A stretch of DNA of 64,000 nt from Candidatus Latescibacterota bacterium (GTDB lineage: Bacteria > Latescibacterota > UBA2968 > UBA8231): the NCBI GenBank assembly GCA_965223905.1, contig CBDCXV010000001.1, forward strand, positions 288,001-352,000. Direction: 5' to 3'. A program made the position numbers and the translations under genes. Below, piece by piece: positions 11,035 to 23,800 of the stretch; positions within the stretch are counted from its first letter, which is position 1; every line of letters begins with the position of its first letter. The notes below the pieces were generated by a model. That model saw only the letters and a program-made list of their open reading frames with translations. It made no database searches and was not told the origin of the DNA.

Positions 11035-11871
11035 ATGCTCGACACAACGCGTTTCGATTTCACTCATATAAACCAGTTCCGCAACGACGGATACACCTCG
11101 CTGCCCCAGCTGTTCACCGAGGGCGAAATTAAGGTCCTGCAGCGGGAAGTCGAGCGTTTCCGACAACTCGGTCTCGGCCGCAATGTTCGAACCGACGGAG
11201 ATGGAGAAACCCACTCGCAGGCGGAGACCAACTACCAGGTCATTCCGCTGTACGACAAGAGCGACCTGATTCGCGCCATGCCTTTCGAACCCAAGGTGCT
11301 CGATCTGGTCACGCAGTTGATCGGCAATCCTTTCCTTCTTCATCTCGATCAGCTCTTTCTGAAACCCGCCGGACGCGGCACTGGAACCGATTGGCATCAG
11401 GACAACGCCTACTTCAAGATCGCTGACCCGACGAAAGGAGTGGCGATGTGGGTGGCCCTCCACGATGCCACCATCGCCAACGGAACCCTGCATGTCATAC
11501 CCGGCAGTTTCCGCGAGCAGTACGACCATTTTCGCGATCCGTACAGCGACCACCACATCCACTGCCGCCCGCCAGAGGAGAGAGCTGTAGCGATCGAGGT
11601 ACCTGCAGGGGGAGCGGCTTTTTTTTGCTACGGCTGCGCTCACTGCACGAAAGACAACACCACGGACCGGGAACGGGCAGGTATCGCCTTCCACTTTCTG
11701 AATGCCGATTACGCCTCGCCCGATCTCCTGTCAGGAGAACGCGCCCGCCCCTTCCTCACCGGTCCCCGGGCGACAGGTGGGTTTAGGGAGTACGGCGTGA
11801 CCGTGGCCGGTACCTGGCCTGCCGAAGTGGCGCGCGTTTTGTCCGCCCCGGCCCGTCCCCGGACTGCGTGA
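11035..11871 (+). CDS. Phytanoyl-CoA dioxygenase (PhyH) family Fe/2OG oxygenase
   Basis: WHQDNAY, WVALHDAT..NGTLHVIPGS, AHCT..N..R; ATG at 11035 chosen over the long upstream frame. Confidence 0.88.
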   Translation: MLDTTRFDFTHINQFRNDGYTSLPQLFTEGEIKVLQREVERFRQLGLGRNVRTDGDGETHSQAETNYQVIPLYDKSDLIRAMPFEPKVLDLVTQLIGNPFLLHLDQLFLKPAGRGTGTDWHQDNAYFKIADPTKGVAMWVALHDATIANGTLHVIPGSFREQYDHFRDPYSDHHIHCRPPEERAVAIEVPAGGAAFFCYGCAHCTKDNTTDRERAGIAFHFLNADYASPDLLSGERARPFLTGPRATGGFREYGVTVAGTWPAEVARVLSAPARPRTA

Positions 11872-11877
11872 AAGTTC

Positions 11878-12948
11878 ATGAGGCGCTTCTCTCCCGACGC
11901 CCTTCACAGAATCGGTTGCGAACTGTTCCAGGCTGCCGGTTGCTCCGCCGAAGACGCCGAGACAGTCGTCGATCACCTGATCGAGTCGAACCTGTTCGGC
12001 CAGGACGCACACGGAACGTTGCGCTATTACGAGTATGTGGAAAAAATCCTCGAGGGAACCTTCGATCCGAATGGAAAGCCGACCATTCTGCAGGACAGGG
12101 GGTGCACCGCCCTGATCGATGGAGGGGGGGGATTTGGCCAGGTATCGGGACGACTCGCTATCGAGGTGGCTACCGCCAAGGCTCGAGAGCACGGCGTCGG
12201 AGTCGTCGGACTGCGAAACACCAGTCACGTCGGCCGCGCGGGAGCCTACCCGCTAGCTGCTGCACGGGCAGGATTCGTAGCCCTCGTGTTCGTCAACGCA
12301 GGTCGTCTCGGTCGCCAGATCGCCCCTTTCGGGGGTATCGACGGCAAGCTTAGCACCAACCCGATCGCCTTCGCGGCGCCTCGGCCGCAGGGCGAACCGA
12401 TTCTCGTCGACATGACCACCTCCGTCGTTGCCGAGGGAAAAATCCGCATGGCCCATAACAAAGGTGAGCCGGTCCCGGAGGGCTGGATCATCGACAGCGA
12501 GGGAAACCCGACCACCGACCCGAACGATTTTCTTGGTGATCCGCCGGGTGCCATGCTTCCGCTCGGCGGCCCGGTCGGATATAAAGGGTACGGTTTGGGG
12601 CTGATCGTCGAGCTGATGGGCGGACTGTTGGGAGGAGAGGGCACGGCGTCGGGTGAGCGCAGCTTCAAAAGCAACGGCGTGCTCTTCACCGCTTACGACC
12701 CGGGTTTCTTCGCCGACGAGGCGACCTACGAACGGGAGATCGAGAACCTCATTCGACACGTTACATCGAGCCGCACCGACCCGCGCTTCGGCGAAGTGCT
12801 GCTACCCGGGGAACTGGAGTTTCGCACCTCGGCGCAGCGGCGTGTTGAGGGCATCGCCGTCGACGACGGCACCTGGCAGCGGATCGCCGATGCTGCCCGG
12901 CGTGTCGACCTCGACCCGGAGCTGTGGGAAACCGACGTCCTCCCCTGA
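11878..12948 (+). CDS. Ldh_2 family (malate/L-sulfolactate/ureidoglycolate) dehydrogenase
   Basis: DAHG, SHVGR, LSTNPIAF, DMTTSVVAEGK, GYKGYGL, LPGE. Confidence 0.9.
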   Translation: MRRFSPDALHRIGCELFQAAGCSAEDAETVVDHLIESNLFGQDAHGTLRYYEYVEKILEGTFDPNGKPTILQDRGCTALIDGGGGFGQVSGRLAIEVATAKAREHGVGVVGLRNTSHVGRAGAYPLAAARAGFVALVFVNAGRLGRQIAPFGGIDGKLSTNPIAFAAPRPQGEPILVDMTTSVVAEGKIRMAHNKGEPVPEGWIIDSEGNPTTDPNDFLGDPPGAMLPLGGPVGYKGYGLGLIVELMGGLLGGEGTASGERSFKSNGVLFTAYDPGFFADEATYEREIENLIRHVTSSRTDPRFGEVLLPGELEFRTSAQRRVEGIAVDDGTWQRIADAARRVDLDPELWETDVLP

Positions 12949-13239
12949 CCGCACGAATGCCCGGCGAGTGCCGCTGAAGTCGTTCCGTCTTTGGCTGACG
13001 ACTGTTCGGTTCTCTTCAGGTACTCTGCAAGCCTCGATTGATGCTTCAGTTACGTACTCGTAGCCGCCAGCATTCAGGTCGCGCCGGATTTCTATATATC
13101 GTCGGCCAATCACACTTCACGACCGTGTCCTGCAACAGCAGCCCACCTGCATTGAGCGAAGGTACATGCCTCGAAGGCCGAGAAATCCGGAGAGCAGTAG
13201 AGAGAGGAAGATCCGCACTACACAAGCTCGATCAGGAAA

Positions 13240-13338
13240 TGGCGGGAACGTGTGGGAATCGAACCCACCCGGCGCCACTTTCGCGGCACCGCTACGGATT
13301 TGAAGTCCGCGGGGGCCACCAGGCTCCCATCCGCTCCC
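13240..13338 (-). tRNA. selC: tRNA-Sec (anticodon TCA)
   Basis: Reverse complement GGGAGCGG..GCGGA-CTTCAAA-TCCGT, long variable arm CGGTGCCGC-GAAA-GTGGCGCCG, T arm GTGGG-TTCGATT-CCCAC, ends GCCA. Confidence 0.93.
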
Positions 13339-13369
13339 TTCGGAGTTCAGCAAGCCGGCGTCCACCCGG

Positions 13370-14242
13370 CTAGAACCTGGAAGCAGGATTGCCCCCCGCA
13401 GCTCCCAGCGTGGTTGCCGGGAGCTGTGGGTACTCGAAGGGCAGTTCCCAGCGCAGGCGCCTTTCCGGTTCTTCACCCAGGTTTTCGATCACCAAATCGA
13501 GATGGCGCGTTTTTGCATCGACGATCGGACTGCGGCGGTCCGCTTTTCTATTTGGAAAAAACAGACGGAAAACGACCTTGCCTTCGAGAACGGGTTTCTT
13601 TGGTCTGTCGAACTCGTACGGGTATGGCCCGGCCTGCCCACTCGGGGCGTAGCGGTTGCCCTCTTGATCGGCCAGAAACACGCGACTCCCGATATCGTCT
13701 ATGCGGGGCGACAGGTCGGACTCGCTGTTGTCCAGGTAGATGTAGAATACAAAACGGCTGTAGAGCATCGGGCCCCAGCGCTGGTCGTATCGATGCCGGA
13801 GCAAAGGGTACTTGTGGTCGTACACCTCCCCCAACAACCGTCGCACGTACTCGGCCCGCCAGTTGTCGAACACTTTCTTTTCAATCGGGTTGCTCGCGTC
13901 GAACGAGCGATTCACGTAGACGAGGTACTGATAATAGAGGCTGTTTATGTCGGTGCCGTCCTGAAACGGATAATGGCCATCCACGTACTGGTAAATGAAC
14001 TCTCGAAACCGACTCAGGAGCTGTTCCTGATCGAGACCATCCTGCTCGGCTTTTGCGTACAAGCTGACGATCTCGTACGCGAAAGTGCGCATCGTCGCCT
14101 GTACGAAGATTCCGTCGCTACCGGTATGGCTTCGGTTGACGATTCGCCACACCTGCTGTTCTACCCGCTCGAATGGTCCCGGCTCTTTGTCCGGGACGCA
14201 GGCGACGAACAGCAAGCACAGGATCGATTGCACTGCGCTCAC
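13370..14242 (-). CDS. Hypothetical lipoprotein
   Basis: Hydrophobic N-terminus with lipobox (LLFVA-C); aromatic-rich ORF between rplI and selC; start uncertain. Confidence 0.65.
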   Translation of the reverse strand: MSAVQSILCLLFVACVPDKEPGPFERVEQQVWRIVNRSHTGSDGIFVQATMRTFAYEIVSLYAKAEQDGLDQEQLLSRFREFIYQYVDGHYPFQDGTDINSLYYQYLVYVNRSFDASNPIEKKVFDNWRAEYVRRLLGEVYDHKYPLLRHRYDQRWGPMLYSRFVFYIYLDNSESDLSPRIDDIGSRVFLADQEGNRYAPSGQAGPYPYEFDRPKKPVLEGKVVFRLFFPNRKADRRSPIVDAKTRHLDLVIENLGEEPERRLRWELPFEYPQLPATTLGAAGGNPASRF

Positions 14243-14350
14243 ACGGTACTTCGACGTTGCGCCGGTTCCCGGTGGCGAAAGTCTCTTGGAAGGGGAGGAC
14301 CGGCTGTAACCCAATTGACCTTTTGTCACGGAAGCCGGGAAAGTTTGGTG

Positions 14351-14794
14351 CTACTCTTTCACGACCCAAAGCTTGACTGTCGCCGCTGCCTCCGGGTGTA
14401 GATTCACTTTCACATTGTAGACACCCAGAGCCCGGATCGGTTCATCGAGCTCGATCATGCGGCGGTCGATCTCGTACCCCTGCTCCCCGAGCAGATCGAC
14501 GATATTCTGGGAAGTCACCGATCCGAACATCTGCTCGCCTTCCCCTATCTTGACCTGAGCCGTCAGGGAAGCCTGCTCGAGCTGCTTGGCCAAGCCTGCG
14601 GCGCTGCGCTGTTCCCGTTCTGCCGCCGCTTCGTGCTGGCGTCTCCGGGTTTCGAATTGAGCAACATTGGCGTCCGTAGCCAACAACGCCTGGTTTTTTG
14701 GAATCAGGTAATTTCGTCCGAATCCATCACTGACCTGAACAATCTCGCCGGCAGTACCGACCCGGTCCACGTCCTTGAGAAGTATGACTTTCAC
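14351..14794 (-). CDS. rplI: 50S ribosomal protein L9
   Basis: MKVILLKDV..VSDGFGRNYLIP, FGSVT. Confidence 0.98.
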   Translation of the reverse strand: MKVILLKDVDRVGTAGEIVQVSDGFGRNYLIPKNQALLATDANVAQFETRRRQHEAAAEREQRSAAGLAKQLEQASLTAQVKIGEGEQMFGSVTSQNIVDLLGEQGYEIDRRMIELDEPIRALGVYNVKVNLHPEAAATVKLWVVKE

Positions 14795-14795
14795 T

Positions 14796-15632
14796 CTATT
14801 CCACCTCCTCCTGTTCCTGCGATTGGCGACGCCCCAAGCGTCGCCAATCGAACCATGTATCCATCAATCCCACACCTGCCAGTATCAAACCTGACCATCC
14901 CGTAATCAACGCTATGATGTAGATAACGAACTCCAGGGTTCGCGCAACCTGCATTCGCCATAGATAGTAGCGCGCCACCGAAAAGCCCTGAACAGCGTAC
15001 AACACGAGCGCCACCACTACGATGTTGACCGCCAGTGTATTCAATACCCCATCCCCGGCCAGCAACCACAGTGCCATTCCTCCGACAAGGATCCAGATCA
15101 TCTGTTCCCAGAGCCGCCACTCGCGCATCGGCGGTGGGGCGGGAAGCGCGACAACACCAGTCCAGAGACCCAGGTAGCGGCCCAGCGCGTAGCCGAGGAC
15201 GAGCTTCAGGAGAACGTACAACACAGCGGCACTTGGTTGCAGAAGGACGAACAGGCGAACCAGATCCTCGATCGCGCCCTGCGCGGTCAACGCCGAAAGC
15301 TCGGAGTCCTTTAACTGCCGCAGTTGCTCCTCGCCGATCTGGTCGGGCGTCATCGCCTCGCCGTGCAATGCTCCAACCAGGTACAAACCATATAGCAAGC
15401 CCGGCATGGAGGCGGTTGCTATCACCAAGCCGTAGGTTCTTCCCTTGGCTGTCTGTGCCGCGGCCAGTACCCCGGCTACCGGGGCGAGGGTGACGACCGG
15501 GTCCCATTCCAAAATCCCGGCCATGACTGCGACCGCCGGCAACGCTGCGGCCACCCCAACGACTGTCAAGCCGAAGCGAAAACAGGCTACCAGCGTCCCC
15601 GCCGTCAGTGCCAAACTCGCGAGGAGCAGCAC
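14796..15632 (-). CDS. DUF2232/YybS membrane protein
   Basis: Multi-TM; YAVQGFSV and GLMDTWFDWRR C-terminus; usual position upstream of rplI. Confidence 0.85.
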   Translation of the reverse strand: MLLLASLALTAGTLVACFRFGLTVVGVAAALPAVAVMAGILEWDPVVTLAPVAGVLAAAQTAKGRTYGLVIATASMPGLLYGLYLVGALHGEAMTPDQIGEEQLRQLKDSELSALTAQGAIEDLVRLFVLLQPSAAVLYVLLKLVLGYALGRYLGLWTGVVALPAPPPMREWRLWEQMIWILVGGMALWLLAGDGVLNTLAVNIVVVALVLYAVQGFSVARYYLWRMQVARTLEFVIYIIALITGWSGLILAGVGLMDTWFDWRRLGRRQSQEQEEVE

Positions 15633-15680
15633 CGCTATGGACCTTTGCTTCCGGAAACGGTTGCGGAGTTGCCGTCTCGC

Positions 15681-16247
15681 CTAACCGCTCTCCGCCGGCT
15701 GTCCATCGGCCGCATCCACTTCGGCGACGGTTTCGACCGCCGGTTCCGGACCTGCCACTCCCTTCTCCTCTTCCGCTGGCTTGTCCCGGGTTTGGACTTC
15801 TCCCTCTTCCCGGGATGTGGCCGGTGCCGGACCGCGTCGCTCGCTCCCGTCGCGGTCGCGGCGGCCGCGGCCAAAACGCGGCCCTCCGCGGTCTTCCCGG
15901 GTGTAGATGTAGACGTTCTCGGGAGCGAGCTGCGGCACCCGTAGAAACTCCCCGGTAACGGCGACGACCAGGTGCCGCAGCACGGAATCGTCGAGCTTGA
16001 GCCCTTGCTGAATCTGGTCAACCAACCCGGTTTCCGCCGTGAACTGGAAAAGCGCAAAGTACCCCTGTTGCCGCCTCTTGAATCCGACGGAGCTGTAGGC
16101 GAGCTTGCGCAGTCCCCAGCGATCCACCGCGGCGACCACTGCTCCACCGGATTTCAGCAGACCTTCGTATTTCTCAACCAGTGCTTCGAATCCGCTGTCT
16201 CCTGCCTGCGGATCGAAGACACAGGTCAGTTCGTATTTCCTTGTCAT
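15681..16247 (-). CDS. rpsF: 30S ribosomal protein S6 with long C-terminal extension
   Basis: RKYELTCVFDP, WGLRKLAY, VLRHLVV. Confidence 0.95.
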   Translation of the reverse strand: MTRKYELTCVFDPQAGDSGFEALVEKYEGLLKSGGAVVAAVDRWGLRKLAYSSVGFKRRQQGYFALFQFTAETGLVDQIQQGLKLDDSVLRHLVVAVTGEFLRVPQLAPENVYIYTREDRGGPRFGRGRRDRDGSERRGPAPATSREEGEVQTRDKPAEEEKGVAGPEPAVETVAEVDAADGQPAESG

Positions 16248-16290
16248 GACATCACCGCTTTCTTGGCTCTGCTCTTTTTGGCGTCGTTTC

Positions 16291-18348
<2,058 letters not shown>

Positions 18349-18395
18349 AGACTTCCCGACTCCGAAAATTGAGTAAGCCCTGACAGCCGCCGTTT

Positions 18396-18995
18396 CTACA
18401 GCAGTGGGCAACCGTTGAACCGATTCATCGCCAAGTCCAACCCGTCCCTCACACAGCTCTCGACGGCGCTACAGCCTCGATCGACGAGGGCGGCTACTGG
18501 TTCGTCGCGGGCGAATTCCGTCAGCACGAAATCGATGTCGTCCTCACTGGTGACCGGACCGATTCCGAGCCGCAACCGGGGAACTGTCTCCGTCCCCAAT
18601 GCTCCCAGGACGGAAGCCAGGCCGTTATGCCCTCCGTCGCCGCCTCCACGCCGCAAGCGAATCCGCGAAAACGGCAAGGTGAAGTCGTCGCAAACGACCA
18701 GCACCTGCCCGGGATCGAAGGTTTCTTGCCGCCGCAACGCCGATACAGCATCGCCGCTCCGGTTCATGTAGGTTTGCGGCTTTACCAGGGTGACCTCCCT
18801 GGTGCCCATCCCGATCCGCGCCGTTTCGCTGGCCGACCCAGACAGCCATCGTCCGGCCAAGTCGGAGACCAAGCGGTCGAGAACCACGAATCCGACGTTG
18901 TGCCGGGTGGCCTCGTATCGCGGCCCCGGATTTCCCAGCCCGACCACGATACGGATTTGGGCTTCGGGGGAATCAGGAGTCGTCGTCCTCTCCAT
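18396..18995 (-). CDS. pth: Peptidyl-tRNA hydrolase
   Basis: VGLGNPG, TRHNVGF, KPQTYMN, GGHNGL. Confidence 0.97.
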   Translation of the reverse strand: MERTTTPDSPEAQIRIVVGLGNPGPRYEATRHNVGFVVLDRLVSDLAGRWLSGSASETARIGMGTREVTLVKPQTYMNRSGDAVSALRRQETFDPGQVLVVCDDFTLPFSRIRLRRGGGDGGHNGLASVLGALGTETVPRLRLGIGPVTSEDDIDFVLTEFARDEPVAALVDRGCSAVESCVRDGLDLAMNRFNGCPLL

Positions 18996-19668
18996 CCGCC
19001 TGGTCGCTCTCCCCGTCTTCCAGAGCTTCGCCTTCGAGCGGCTCCTCGTCCTCGACGGGCTGCTCTTCGTCGATCGTCAGGCGTGGGGACAGCACGCTGA
19101 CTATGGTGATGGCGGGATCCGTCGTGATCCGGCTGTCCTGTTCCAGGAGATCGCTTACGTGAATGTTGCTACCTATCTCGAGTTCGGAGATGTCGATCTC
19201 GACACGGGATGGCAATTCCGAAGCCAGGCAAACCATTTCCAGTCGCTGCAGGGAATGCTGCACGGCGCCACCCCCGACATGCACCCCTACCGGTACCCCC
19301 AGCGTGGAAATCGGCACCTCGACACGCAGGTGTTCTTCCGGATCGATCCTCAGCATGTCGACGTGCAGTATGTCCCCTGTGACTTTGTGATACTGGATCT
19401 CGCGGACCACGGCCTGGCCACCGGTCCCGTTGCCGCTCATCTGCAACAGAAAGACGGCGTTCTGTCCACCCTTGCTCAGTGCACGTTCGAGAGAGAGGGT
19501 CTCGACCTTGAAAGGTACCGGATCCTGGTTATGGCCGTAGACGATTCCGGGGAGCTTTCCGGCCTCCCGCCGCAACCGACCAACGGGACCCTTGCCGTTC
19601 TCGATTCGCTCCTCGATATCCAGCTCGATTTCGTCGCGCCGATAAATCTGCATCTTGACGGCAGGCAT
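18973..19668 (-). CDS. rplY: 50S ribosomal protein L25 / CTC
   Basis: PGIVYG, HVDMLR, VEVPI, GSNIHVSDL, acidic tail. Confidence 0.95.
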   Translation of the reverse strand: MPAVKMQIYRRDEIELDIEERIENGKGPVGRLRREAGKLPGIVYGHNQDPVPFKVETLSLERALSKGGQNAVFLLQMSGNGTGGQAVVREIQYHKVTGDILHVDMLRIDPEEHLRVEVPISTLGVPVGVHVGGGAVQHSLQRLEMVCLASELPSRVEIDISELEIGSNIHVSDLLEQDSRITTDPAITIVSVLSPRLTIDEEQPVEDEEPLEGEALEDGESDQADGEDDDS

Positions 19669-19739
19669 GGATCACTTCTCCCCGGCTAGTTTTTTTCGTC
19701 CGGGTCGCATCCAACCCGGCACTTGCTACTTGTAATTTT

Positions 19740-19814
19740 TGGCTGCCCGGCGAGGACTTGAACCTCGATAGACGGAACCAAAATCCGTTGTCCTACCAAT
19801 TGAACGACCGGGCA
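19740..19814 (-). tRNA. tRNA-Gln (TTG)
   Basis: Reverse complement TGCCCGG..ACGGA-TTTTGGT-TCCGT..GGTTCAAGTCC..CCGGGCAGCCA. Confidence 0.95.
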
Positions 19815-19894
19815 GCAAATTGCGGTTTACTTTCGCAGACTCGAACCAGCAGACGTGGGACTCGGGGGCTCGTCACGGATCTGTGTCTCAGCCA

Positions 19895-20779
19895 CTATTC
19901 CCTGGTCCTGCAATGAAAAGACCGGATGCCCTTCGCCGTCAGCTGCGAATGAGCCGACGCGGCGGCGGTCCGGTCGTCGAATATGCCGTATACGGCGGAG
20001 CCGCTGCCGGTCAGGGATGCGATTGCGGCCCCCGCGGCCAGCAGTTGCTCTCTGGTTTCTGCGACGATGGGTTTGGCTCGTTCGACGATCGGCTGGAAGT
20101 CGTTCTCGATCAACTCAACCAAGCGATCAGCATCGACGCGCCCGCCGCCAAGCGAACCGACAAATCTAGCGTAAGCAGAAATAGGTGTCAATTTGCTGCA
20201 GCGCAGCTGTGCGAACGCCCACGCTGTATCGATCGCCACCCCGGGATAGGCGATGACGTACACGAACCGTTCGCAGGAAACCGGCTCGACGATATCACCG
20301 CGCCCCCGCATCACGGCGGTTCCCCCGCGGACGAGGAAGGGGACATCCGACCCGAGCGAAGCCCCCCAGGTGGCCAGGGTATCGATGCTGAGCTGAGCCC
20401 CGGTGATCGCGGCCATCGCCCGGAGTACTGCCGCGGCATCAGCGCTGCCGCCGCCGAGGCCGGCGCCAACCGGGATCCTCTTTTCGAGATGAATGTGTAC
20501 AGGCCGGTTATTCCCCTTCATCTGCTCGCGGCACAGCCTTAGGGCGCGCATCACCAGGTTGTCGTCGTTCGCCAGCTCCGAAGCGGAACAACTCATTCCG
20601 TCAGAAGAGGCAGCGAAAAACTCCAGCCGGTCGCTGAGATCGACCGTTTGACAGATACTGACCAAGTCGTGGAAGCCATCCTCCCGCGTGCCGAGGATCT
20701 TCAAACCCAGGTTGACCTTGGCATACGCCATTTCCACGAAAAGCGGGTCCTGTCCGGTTTCTCCGGGGTCGCGGATCAC
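19895..20779 (-). CDS. ispE: 4-diphosphocytidyl-2-C-methyl-D-erythritol kinase
   Basis: AKVNLGL, KRIPVGAGLGGGSADAA, LGSDVPF, LTGSGS; start at 20779 or 20731. Confidence 0.95.
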   Translation of the reverse strand: MIRDPGETGQDPLFVEMAYAKVNLGLKILGTREDGFHDLVSICQTVDLSDRLEFFAASSDGMSCSASELANDDNLVMRALRLCREQMKGNNRPVHIHLEKRIPVGAGLGGGSADAAAVLRAMAAITGAQLSIDTLATWGASLGSDVPFLVRGGTAVMRGRGDIVEPVSCERFVYVIAYPGVAIDTAWAFAQLRCSKLTPISAYARFVGSLGGGRVDADRLVELIENDFQPIVERAKPIVAETREQLLAAGAAIASLTGSGSAVYGIFDDRTAAASAHSQLTAKGIRSFHCRTRE

Positions 20780-20784
20780 AATGC

Positions 20785-20813
20785 TTGACCTCCACATATA
20801 CGATCCATATAAT
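20785..20813 (+). promoter_or_regulatory. Sigma70-type promoter for the TPR operon
   Basis: TTGACC-17 nt-TATAAT. Confidence 0.7.
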
Positions 20814-20890
20814 CCGAAATTCTCCTGATTAAAGTATGTCCATTCCCCTGACCGACATTCTACCGGTTCCATAAAGAACCACACAACCTA

Positions 20891-23800
20891 TTGTTTTTTT
20901 ACAACGTTGTAGCGTTTGTACGACACCTGCCACTACCCGGAGGATTCGCCGGGTTGTGCCTTGTCGGAAGTTTCTTCGCAATGGCTTCCGCCATCGGTGG
21001 CGAGTCCCTTGAGGAGCGCTCCGACGACGAGTTCAAGCTGGCACGCAACCTGTTTCGCGACGCCGGGGACTACGGCACCGCTTCCCAGCTGTTCGCGGAG
21101 TTCATCCGCAACTATCCCCACCACCGCAACCTTCCTGAGGCCCGGCTGCTTCTGGCGCGCGCGTACGCGCGCAGCGGCCGTTGCGAGCAAGCCGTGCCGG
21201 CCTACGAGCAGTACCTCACGGAGCATCCCGAGCATCTCGGTACGGCAAAAGCGAGGCGTGAGCGCGCTGTCTGTTGGGAGCAACTCGGGGAGTTCGCGCG
21301 GGCAGCCGAGGCGCACGAAGAGATCCAGCGGCTATTCCCCGCCGGGGAATTCGCAGCGCCCGCCCTGCTCGATGCTGCTGCAAACTACACCAAGGCACAG
21401 AACCTGCCGGGGGCGGTTGCCGCATACGATCGTCTTATCGAGGAGTACGCCGGCCACCGACTGGCCTCCAGGGCGCGCTTCAACATGGCCCGCATCGCCT
21501 TTGCCTCGGGCCAAGCCGACCGGGCGCAGCGGCTGCTCGATCAAATCACCGGCTCGGGCCGGGACGCGGAAGCCGCAAAGGACGCCTATCTGCTGACGGG
21601 CCGCATCCAGCTCTTTCTCGGCAAACCTGCCTTGGCCGAGCAGGCCTACGAGGCGCTGCGCAAGCGATACCCCCGCTCCGACCATGGGGACAGCTCCTGG
21701 TTCGACCTCGGGGATTTCGCCATTGGAAAAGGGCAGTTCGACCGTGCGGCCGAAATTTTCGACCAGGCGCGCAAGCAGGTATCCGATCCCGGATTGCGCC
21801 GGCGGGCGGAGCTTGGAGCCGCCGAGTCACTGCGTCTCAGGGGCCGTTACAGGGCCGCCCTGAAACGCTATCGTCCGCTTGCAGAGGATTCCGAAGCGGG
21901 GGACCTGGTACGGGCTTCGGCTCAGCTCGGGGTCGCCGTATGCTATGGCCACACAGACCGCTTCGCCGAAGGGATCGCTTTGTTCCTGGGAATCATTCAA
22001 CAACCTGCAACCCCCGAAACCGCCGCTTTTCGGGCCGAGGCCATGAAAGAGCTGGCCGCGCTATACCGGCGGCGCGGCCAGCTTACCCGCTCCGCTACCT
22101 GGTTCAGGAATTTTCTGAGCAATGCAGAGGACCAGGACGGCGGAGCACATGCGCAGGTGCGCCTGAACCTTGCCCAGGTTCTCGATGCGGCAGGGTACAG
22201 CAACGACGCGATTGCCCAGTTCCAGCAGCTTCTGCACGCAGATGCAGCTCTTGCGGCACAAGCGCAACTGGGTATGGCACGCGCCTACAAGCACGGCGGC
22301 CTCCCCGCCTTTGCGTTGCGGGAGTACCTGACTTTTCTGGAGCGCTATCCCGCGCACGCCCTGGCCGCAGAGGCGCGTCGGCGAGTCGTGTATCTCCGCG
22401 AGTTCACCATTATCGACAGATCCGGCCTGGATCGCGCATTGCGACAGGCCTGGCTGGAGGAACTCGGCGGCGCTCCAAGACAGGCGGTGCGGTTTCACGT
22501 GGCCAATTCCCTCAGAGAATACCACGATTACCCCAATGCTGTTCGCCAGCTGGAGACATACGTTGCCGACTACGCCGGCCAAGAATCGACCGCGGAAGCC
22601 CATTTTTTCCTTGCGGACTGTCTGCAGCGGCTGGCGCGCCAACGCCATCTCGAGGGGCTTGATGACGACGCAGACTCACTGCGGCAGGCTGCCCTGCAGG
22701 AGTTTCGCACGCTCGCCGCTGGCGGGGACGAGCGCTGGGAGCGTCTGGCTCGGTTCCGCCTCCTTGACGCCGATCTGGAGGAAGCCGGAGCAGTCGAACG
22801 CGCCCGTCTGCTCGAAGAGCGGCTGGTCTCGTTCCGGCAGAGAGAGAGTGTCGACCCGGAATTGCTGGCCGCGGCCGAACTGAAACTGGCCGACGCCCTC
22901 AGGGCGCCGGCGACGGAAAGCGACCACTGGCGGGCTGCGCTTGTCGCCTACCAGCGAGCCTTCGCGCCAGGAGGAGAGCAGACACCGAGGGCGCGCTTCG
23001 GGGCAGCTGTATGCCGGGCCCGGTTGGGAGAAACCGCGGTTGCCGTCGATTCACTCGAAGCCCTCCTCGGAGACCTTTCCGGCAGCTCCCTCATCCCTGA
23101 GGTCCTGTTCGAACTCGGCCGGACATTGATGACCGAATCGAGAATCGTTGAGGGAGTGGCCCGTTTCGAAGAGCTGCTGCTGGCCTTCCCGGCATTCCCC
23201 GAGCGCCGTGAGGTGCAGATGGCCCTGGCTTCCGCACACTTCGAACTCGGCAGCTATCCGGCGGCCATCTCGGTTCTGCGGCAGCTGCAGGAATCAGATC
23301 CCCAAGGCGAGGTCGGCGCCGACATCCGGCGACAACTGGCTCGCGCCTACGAACGCAACGGCGACGACCGAGCTGCCCTGGAGCTGTACGAACGGCTGTT
23401 GTCGGCTCATCCATCGGCGGCCTACGCCGACAGCATGAGGCTGGCCCAGGCCCGGCTGCTGCGGGGACTGGATCGCCTGGAGGAAGCGATCGCCCTGTTC
23501 GACGAGCTTCGCCGCAGCGCCAATGCAGCAGTGGCTTCCGCAGCTTCACGCGCCGCGGGAGATCTCCATTTCGGGAGCGGGAGTTTCGACCGCGCCTTTG
23601 CCGCCTACAAGGCCGGTCAGGAAATTGCCGTCGATGGCTTGCGAGCGGTCTGCCTGTACAAACTGGGCCGCGTCGACGCCGCCAGGAAGATCGCCGATTC
23701 CGTTCTCGACCAGGTTGCCAAAGGAGACGCATGGTACTGGATCCTCACGCTGGAATCGGGGCGGTATTACCTGCGCAGTCACAATTTCGGCAAGGCGCTG

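Noticed and set aside
12950-13239. Possible small gene or prophage attachment remnant after selC
   Set aside because: No integrase, no visible duplicated tRNA end and no recognisable ORF
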